Origin: Eledone cirrhosa
Taxonomy: Eukaryota
Reading direction: 5' to 3'
Length of the DNA stretch: 64,000 bases
NCBI GenBank assembly: GCA_964016885.1
Contig: OZ024742.1
Location: 278,380,001-278,444,000 of the forward strand
Shown: positions 60,781 through 64,000 of the stretch, one piece after another
How positions within the stretch are numbered: the first letter of the stretch is position 1
How the letters are laid out: every line of letters begins with the position of its first letter
Notes under the pieces: generated by a model
Database searches by the model: none
What the model saw: only the letters and a program-made list of their open reading frames with translations
What the model was told of the DNA's origin: nothing
Translations under genes and position numbers: made by a program

Positions 60781-61408
60781 CATCCTCTTGTTAGTTCGTT
60801 CTGGTTTCCTTGAGTATGTATTTATAAAATTACACTTGGTGCAACGGATATGAACTTCCCGATATAAGGTTTGACTCTCTTTGTTTATTTTTTTATATAT
60901 GAATATTGATTGTTTCTGTTATTTTGCACGAGAAAATATGTGTGTCATCAAACGGTGTAAACATATGGATATTTTTTCAAATTCCAATTGAGTTCTAGCA
61001 CGTGGCTTGAATTCCTTTTAGAATTCATTGTCCTGCGCATGTATTGTTTTTTGGCGGTAATTCTCCTTCCTCTTTTTTTGAGACAGTATGAGAATTTCTT
61101 TAGAACTGCTGGGCTAGCAACCTAGCAGCTACCTCAAGCACTGATGGTGATTATCGCTAAATATTGATGTTGATTTGATTATCAATATTATTATTGGGCA
61201 CCCACTGAAGAATTATAAGAGCCCACTTAAATAAGTATTTGTTGATCTTATACAAGTTCTACATAAATTGGTATAATTTCACCCAACTTGTAGGAATCTT
61301 ATAATGAAACGAGACGTCCGTCTGGGAAGAGATATATTTGATATATCTCATATGAAATACTCACTTATTTCCTAATGGTTGTTGAGAGAGTTGGGATTTG
61401 GCCGGGTT

Positions 61409-61513
<105 letters not shown>

Positions 61514-62389
61514 GACTTTTACAGGACTAAAACTATTTCTTTCGAACAAAATCAGCATACGATTACATACAAATGAAACAATTCTAGTCCTGTAGAAGTC
61601 ATTTCTATATATAAAGATACGTGAACTCTACCAACGTATTGAGTAACTTTTTCAACTGTTTACCCCGACACTATTCGTGAACCTAGACACACACATACAT
61701 AAATTTAAGTACACACATATATATACACTTTTATGCATTTTTTCGTTGTGATTTGATTCTCATTCACACATCAGTTCAGTGGTTTCCAGCAGTTATTCCA
61801 TGCATGATATTCTAGCTAAGTATCTCCATGGAATAACATGGAAACAACAATTAATCTTATACTAAGAGAAGAGAATCTAATATATACAGAATATTCTACT
61901 CACACAGGATAAAGCCATTTTCGTTTTCTTTCTATTACCTTTTGAATTACATCTGTTGCTGTTTTAATAGTTCGTGGAGTCATCGTTGTTGTTATGGTTA
62001 GTGATTCTGTTATTCATTTGTCTCGTTCTTTTCATTGTAGATGTTTTTGTTGTTGGTGGTGGTGTTGCCATTTCTATAGTTGCTGTTGCTGTTGTACTTG
62101 TGGTTGATAGTGGTAATGATGTTGATCTTGATAGCTTTGCTGTCACTGCCGTGATTGTTGTTATTGATACTATTGTTGCTGTAGTAGGTAGTGGTGATGG
62201 ATGATTTTTCTGTTGCTGGTGGGAGTATTCTTGCTATTGTTGCTGTTGGTAGTTTTCATATTGGATGGAGCGGTGATGGTGCTGTTGTCGTCACTGCATT
62301 ACCGAGCGCCTCTGATTTGATGTATATATTTGTATGTTTGGGTTTTGTTTATGTACATGTGTCTCTATCATTATTCCCAGAGTACTCTC

Positions 62390-63160
62390 AACACAATCGT
62401 CTAAGGCCAACAATTTAAGGGGAAGAGAAAATTGATGATATCGACTCCACCTCTTAACTATTATTTAATTTTATCGAACCCAGATGGATCAAAGTCAAAG
62501 TTTACCTTGCAGTGATTTGAACTCAGACAATAAAACATTCTAGAAATTCTTTTAAGCATTTGTCCAATGTTCTAACGATTTTGCTAACCTACTGCAATAC
62601 TTCAATTTCTAAACTGATGATTTCTAATCTCGGTACAAGTTCGACAATGTGTCGGGCCTGAAAATTCGATTATATTGACCACAGTTCAGGCAAACTTAAC
62701 CTCAGCGGGATTGGAACTCAGGATGTAAGTATTCGCAACAAATACTGCTAAGCATTTGTCCATTGCTCTAACGATTCCACTAACACCCTGCAAAACTACT
62801 GTTACTAATAATGGTTTCTACTATTGGCATAAGGCCAGCAAGTATTCCAGTACGCTACTGATACTTTATTTTATAGACCCAGTAAGGATGAAAGGCAAAG
62901 TTAACCTCGGCGGGATTTGAACTTAGAACGTAGGGCCGTAATTCTATGCTGCAAAGCATTGTGTCTGACGCTCTACCGATACTGACAATCAACCGCCATA
63001 CTACTGTTATAAATAATGGTTAAACACAAGGCCAACAATTTGGGGGAAGGGGAAAGTCGATTAAATCGACCCCAGTGCGTTACTGGTCCTTTATTTCATC
63101 GACTATCTAAGGATGAAAGGCAACGTTAACCTCGGTTGGATTTGAACCCAGAATACAAAG
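62390..63160 (-). mobile_element. Cluster of four same-orientation SINE family 1 copies
   Basis: Cores at ~62490, 62690, 62885 and 63110. Confidence 0.8.
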
Positions 63161-63610
63161 CATGTTACCCATTCCTCAGCACTTACACTACTACTACTGC
63201 CACTAATAATACTAATAGTTATTACAATATTATCGAGTTCTATATACAATAATAAAATCAAAAGCAACAATAGTAATCATTCTATGAAACATCGAGTGGA
63301 AACGTAAAATTACTTTAATGATCTTGAGGCATGAACTGTGCAGCAGAAAATATATTTGTTTTTTTTCAATCCATAAACGGATGAAAATTGAAATAATATG
63401 CCTAGAGGAAAATGTTTATTTATTTCTATTCTTTCATCTTGGCTGGCCATCCTGATGTATTCATCTTTATATCTAAGAACTATGCAGTTCATTTCTCGGC
63501 GTCTCCCTTCTCCCCAACCCCTCTCTCTCCCCCTCTATCTCTGTCTTTCATCTTCTTTACTTTTTCTTTCTTTCTATTTTGTTCCTACTCTATCTGCCCC
63601 CTCTCTCTCA

Positions 63611-63715
<105 letters not shown>

Positions 63716-63740
63716 ATATATATATATATACATGTATATA

Positions 63741-63808
63741 CAGGGTGTCCCCCAAAATGTATACACACTTTGATTACCTGTCTAGGCAACATTTTTTGGG
63801 ACACTAAG
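63741..63808. mobile_element. 68-bp Tc1/mariner-type MITE
   Basis: TA|CAGGGTGTCCCCCAAAATGT...ACATTTTTTGGGACACTAAG|TA: imperfect ~20-bp TIRs and TA flanks. Confidence 0.6.
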
Positions 63809-63823
63809 TATATATATCTATAT

Positions 63824-63924
<101 letters not shown>

Positions 63925-63926
63925 AG

Positions 63927-63999
<73 letters not shown>

Positions 64000-64000
64000 A

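Noticed and set aside
61960-62310. V/T-rich ORFs
   Set aside because: Decayed (GTT/GGT/GAT)n low-complexity tract.

Overview
AT-rich, microsatellite-saturated eukaryotic (animal) DNA with no recognisable host protein-coding gene. The SINE families and repeat landscape look like an octopus/cephalopod genome (inference). Most ORFs in the track are artefacts of (TA)n, (CA)n, (GA)n or satellite DNA. Real content: (1) a near full-length Tx1-clade (L1-like) LINE at ~37.9-43.7 kb inside a (GATA)n tract, plus two truncated relatives. (2) Decayed R4/Dong-like, CRE-like, RTE and Gypsy retroelements, two non-autonomous Helitrons and many tRNA-type SINEs. (3) An ~8 kb composite two-motif satellite with a ~2.55 kb higher-order duplication. 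(4) Most interesting: a set of Penelope-like element (PLE) relics and small non-coding derivatives sitting in (TA)n tracts. Three carry GIY-YIG remnants absent from the ORF track, several carry minimal type-I hammerhead ribozyme motifs, and many are fold-back/palindromic insertions. One family folds back three times at a putative hammerhead stem II. Different retroelement groups appear to occupy different microsatellite motifs. All alignments and translations were done by eye; boundaries are approximate.
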